Shown here in pieces: positions 51,775 to 54,467 of a stretch of DNA of 54,467 nt. Numbering within the stretch: the first letter of the stretch is position 1; every line of letters starts with the position of its first letter. Source of the DNA: a virus; the IMG/VR virus record IMGVR_UViG_3300045988_123643; one strand, written 5' to 3'. The notes beneath the pieces were generated by a model, which was not told the origin of the DNA, did not search any database, and worked only from the letters and a program-made list of their open reading frames with translations. The position numbers and the translations under genes were made by a program.

Positions 51775-52890
51775 TTAATAATTAATTGATAAAGGCATTA
51801 ATAGATAAGTAAGGCTACGAACTTCTTCATCGCAGCGGGTAAAGATTGAGGCTTTCGACGGATCGCTCATGGTGATGGCAATATCTTCCGAAGGAATATT
51901 ATTCACCATTTCAATTATGAAACTGCTTCTAAAGCCGATTTCAATATTACAGCCTGACTGCAGAGGAATCGTTTCTTCTGCAGACTTAGAAAAATCTAAA
52001 TCATGAGCTGCTATTTTAAGAGAGTCGGAATCGAACTTGAGTACTACTAAAGACGAACTTTCATCACAGAAGACAGATACACGTTTTAGAGCAGAGACTA
52101 TATCGGCTTTCTTTAATACTGCACGATTGGGCTGTTTTTGAGGGATAACGACACGATAGTTAGGGTACCGGCCTTCGATCATACGGCAGATTAACCGGTA
52201 TGAATCAAACTCAAATAAAATATTAGTCTGATTTACTGATATCTCTACTTCCATCCAATCCTCCGGAACAATATTAGAAAGGATTTTAGCAAACTTGCTC
52301 GGCAGGATAAAGGCGGCCCGTTCCTTGCGCGTATAAGCGGATGGATTCTCAATCATTGCTAGACGGGTACCATCTGTTGCGACAAATGACATTGAATCTA
52401 AACCGATATCAAAATAGACACCATTCAGTACCGGACGGAGTTCATCATTGGCACTACAGATCAAGACTTGTCTTATTCCGTATAATAAGTCATTACCAGA
52501 AACAAGAAATGGGCTGGCAGTATCATCCGTGTTCATGGATGGGTATTGATCGCCTTTTTCAAGTGGTATTGAAAACCTGCCATTAGCGTACTTGACAATC
52601 AATTCCTTTTCAAGGATGGATATGGTCAATGGCTGTTCGGGAATCTCTTTTAATCCGTCGAGTAATGTCTTGGCATTAGCCATGAAAGAATAATTGATGA
52701 AGTCTGCATTACCATCTACGTTTGTAGAGATGCGTCCGCCTTCTTCTCCTGCTGTTACTAGAATAAGACCATCTTCATCAACGACAAACAAAAAGTTGTC
52801 ATAAGCTGGTATTGTGTTTTTAGGCTGTATAATTCGCCCGATTGATTTCAGCTTATCTAATAAAGCTGTTTTTGAAACTATAATTTCCAT
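51775..52890 (-). CDS. dnaN: DNA polymerase III beta sliding clamp homologue
   Basis: 371 aa. The N-terminal ...LLDKLKSIGRIIQPKNTIPAYDNFLF...LILVTAGEEGG and the C-terminal YLLMPLSINY parallel bacterial DnaN. Confidence 0.7.
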   Translation of the reverse strand: MEIIVSKTALLDKLKSIGRIIQPKNTIPAYDNFLFVVDEDGLILVTAGEEGGRISTNVDGNADFINYSFMANAKTLLDGLKEIPEQPLTISILEKELIVKYANGRFSIPLEKGDQYPSMNTDDTASPFLVSGNDLLYGIRQVLICSANDELRPVLNGVYFDIGLDSMSFVATDGTRLAMIENPSAYTRKERAAFILPSKFAKILSNIVPEDWMEVEISVNQTNILFEFDSYRLICRMIEGRYPNYRVVIPQKQPNRAVLKKADIVSALKRVSVFCDESSSLVVLKFDSDSLKIAAHDLDFSKSAEETIPLQSGCNIEIGFRSSFIIEMVNNIPSEDIAITMSDPSKASIFTRCDEEVRSLTYLLMPLSINY

Positions 52891-52994
52891 GCGTCATTGT
52901 TTTGCGGCGCATAGCGTAAAGAAGAGATGAGTTTCAGTAATAAGAGCTATTGAAGCATATATATGCAATAAAAGCCGGATAAAACTATTGTTTC

Positions 52995-53013
52995 ATCCAG
53001 CTCAACACCATTC
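52995..53013 (+). promoter_or_regulatory. Copy 3 of the intergenic motif (ATCCAGCTCAACACCATTC)
   Basis: Lies in the int/dnaN gap, directly downstream (in the minus sense) of a minus-strand TATATTTG box. Confidence 0.55.
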
Positions 53014-53019
53014 TGTCTG

Positions 53020-53027
53020 CAAATATA
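53020..53027 (-). promoter_or_regulatory. -7 box TATATTTG (minus strand), candidate promoter of the 38-kb leftward arm
   Basis: Plus strand CAAATATA at 53020..53027, an exact TAnnTTTG match on the minus strand. Confidence 0.35.
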
Positions 53028-53054
53028 TATAGAGTTTTTGTATTTGCAAACGTT

Positions 53055-54305
53055 TCAGTCTTTTTTTTCTTCTTTTTTCTGTAATAAATCCAATACAGTG
53101 CGATTTGCTTTATCACAAATGCTATAATCTATATCAATGTAGATGTCAGCCATCTTATAATCATTATTCACATGACCGAGACAGAAGTCAATGTCTGCCT
53201 TCGGTACTCCGGCTTTATTTCTTGCCAAGCTGGCCCAGCTGTGGCGGGCCCAGTTCGTGGTGATTTTGAAGTCGAGTTCTAGATTCAGACAAATATCTTT
53301 CAGCCCATTATTGATTGCTCGCATGAAATTATTCAGGCTACAATAATTAGTATGAAAGTAGGAGAGGAAATACCCCTCTGTGTATTTATCGAGCAGGACG
53401 CGAAGCTCTGGCTCAATCTTGACGGAAAGCGGTACCTGTTCGTGATTCTTCTCTGTATTCGTTTTAGAACGCGTATATTCCAGTCTTCCGCGGCGTTCAC
53501 ACGAAATGCTATATAGGTCATTGATGTTGACTCCCATCATGTAGAACATCATCATAAAGACATCACGTGCCATATTAGTGCGTTTTTTATCAGATTGGAA
53601 ATCCCTGATCTTTAGCAAGGTAATGATATCTATATTCTTTCGTTTTCTCCGGTACTCCGGTATCTCAGCCTTTTTGAACGGATCGCCTGGGATTCTTATA
53701 ATATCAAAGTCCTCATTGTTGTAATAGAGCTTGGCTTTGTTATACAATGCTCTCAGTCCTCTAAGGTAATGGCTTATTGTGCCCGGTTCTAAGGGAATGC
53801 CGGCAGGACCGGAGTGATATAAGTCTTTGATCATCTTATTTAGCAGAAATGAGGTGATTAGCTTAATATCTATCTTCTTTCTTTTTGTGTACCAACATAG
53901 TGTATCAATAGAAGAGCTATACCATTCAGCTGTCTTTTTCTTTTTCGTCTGAATTACTATGTTTTGAGCGAACTCTACGAAGTCTATAAACTCGGCGTCA
54001 GGAGCTAGGGATTTCTCTATTTCTTCTTTTAAATCCTTGCATGACATAAACTGAGTTCTTTCTTGTCCTAGCTTTAAATACTCTCTCCGGATCTTTTGGA
54101 TATATGCATTGATCTCATACTCTATCATTTCTCCATTTGCCACATTAGGCAAGATCCGGCCGACTCCATCCATTCCTTCAGGTTGAATGAAATAACAAGT
54201 GGCTATATACTGTGACTCTCTATTGTGATAGATTCTAATTTTAATATTTGATGTTCCATCTTGTTTTAGATGTCCCTTAAATACAATTGCTTTAAATGTT
54301 GCCAT
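53055..54305 (-). CDS. int: Tyrosine recombinase/integrase (Bacteroidota phage type with an N-terminal arm-binding-like domain)
   Basis: C-terminal catalytic pattern ...ARHSWASLARN...LGHVNNDYKMADIYIDIDY (R, HxxR, H, Y). The N-terminal MATFKAIVFKGHLKQDGTSNIKIRIYH is typical of this integrase class. Confidence 0.9.
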   Translation of the reverse strand: MATFKAIVFKGHLKQDGTSNIKIRIYHNRESQYIATCYFIQPEGMDGVGRILPNVANGEMIEYEINAYIQKIRREYLKLGQERTQFMSCKDLKEEIEKSLAPDAEFIDFVEFAQNIVIQTKKKKTAEWYSSSIDTLCWYTKRKKIDIKLITSFLLNKMIKDLYHSGPAGIPLEPGTISHYLRGLRALYNKAKLYYNNEDFDIIRIPGDPFKKAEIPEYRRKRKNIDIITLLKIRDFQSDKKRTNMARDVFMMMFYMMGVNINDLYSISCERRGRLEYTRSKTNTEKNHEQVPLSVKIEPELRVLLDKYTEGYFLSYFHTNYCSLNNFMRAINNGLKDICLNLELDFKITTNWARHSWASLARNKAGVPKADIDFCLGHVNNDYKMADIYIDIDYSICDKANRTVLDLLQKKEEKKD

Positions 54306-54348
54306 ACTGTTTTAATGTTTTTTAAAGGTTTAAAATCGCATTAAACAG

Positions 54349-54467
54349 CTTGAATCGGTCTGAATTGATAGAAAATTGTCTTATTTTCCCTTAAATGGAT
54401 GAAAATAGAGATATAATTAAAAAAACAGTTCAAAGATATTTCAAAGAATTACCCTCTTTATTTGCCC
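54349..54467. repeat. Terminal direct repeat, copy 2 (identical to 1..119)
   Basis: Base-for-base identity with the first 119 nt. Confidence 0.95.

Larger units (their letters stand above)
1..54467. mobile_element. Complete temperate tailed-phage genome (siphovirus-type morphogenesis module), Bacteroidales-host style, closed by a 119-bp end overlap
   Basis: Integrase, attP-like tRNA fragment and XRE repressor are present. Gene order is terS/terL/portal/MuF/scaffold/capsid/tail/tape measure/lysis. The two window ends share an identical 119 bp. No host-like flanking genes. Confidence 0.85.

Overview
The window is a complete temperate tailed-phage genome, not a chromosomal slice. Bases 1..119 are identical to 54349..54467, so the unique length is 54,348 bp. 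Promoter boxes of the TAnnTTTG type, lipobox proteins, a Bacteroidota-type tyrosine integrase and PcfJ/PcfK-like genes point to a Bacteroidales host. Closing the circle puts the integrase (53055..54305, minus) next to an attP-like site. That site is the 3' 47 nt of a tRNA-Pro(UGG) gene flanked by two copies of a 20-bp repeat. Next come an accessory string led by a DUF4062-like gene (524..3443, minus) and an XRE-type repressor. A rightward early arm (4065..15028) carries a LuxR-type regulator, RecT plus a PD-(D/E)XK exonuclease, an SNF2 helicase and a VRR-NUC nuclease. One long leftward arm runs from 52890 down to 15037. It encodes a DnaN-like clamp, PcfK/PcfJ-like proteins, an initiator-like gene with internal iterons, a ParB-like protein, a GT-A-like protein, terS/terL, portal and a MuF protein with a papain-like C-terminal domain. 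It continues through scaffold, capsid, neck, major tail, a tRNA, tail chaperones with a -1 frameshift, tape measure, Dit, a 1181-aa fibre, a Tal-like 1475-aa protein and a lysis cassette, and ends in an AbiH-led island. The most unusual feature is at 24799..25502. A start-less alternative fibre tip cassette lies inverted against the 3' end of the fibre gene, bracketed by 23-bp inverted repeats, with no invertase gene in the genome. All functional calls come from reading motifs by eye. No database search was run.
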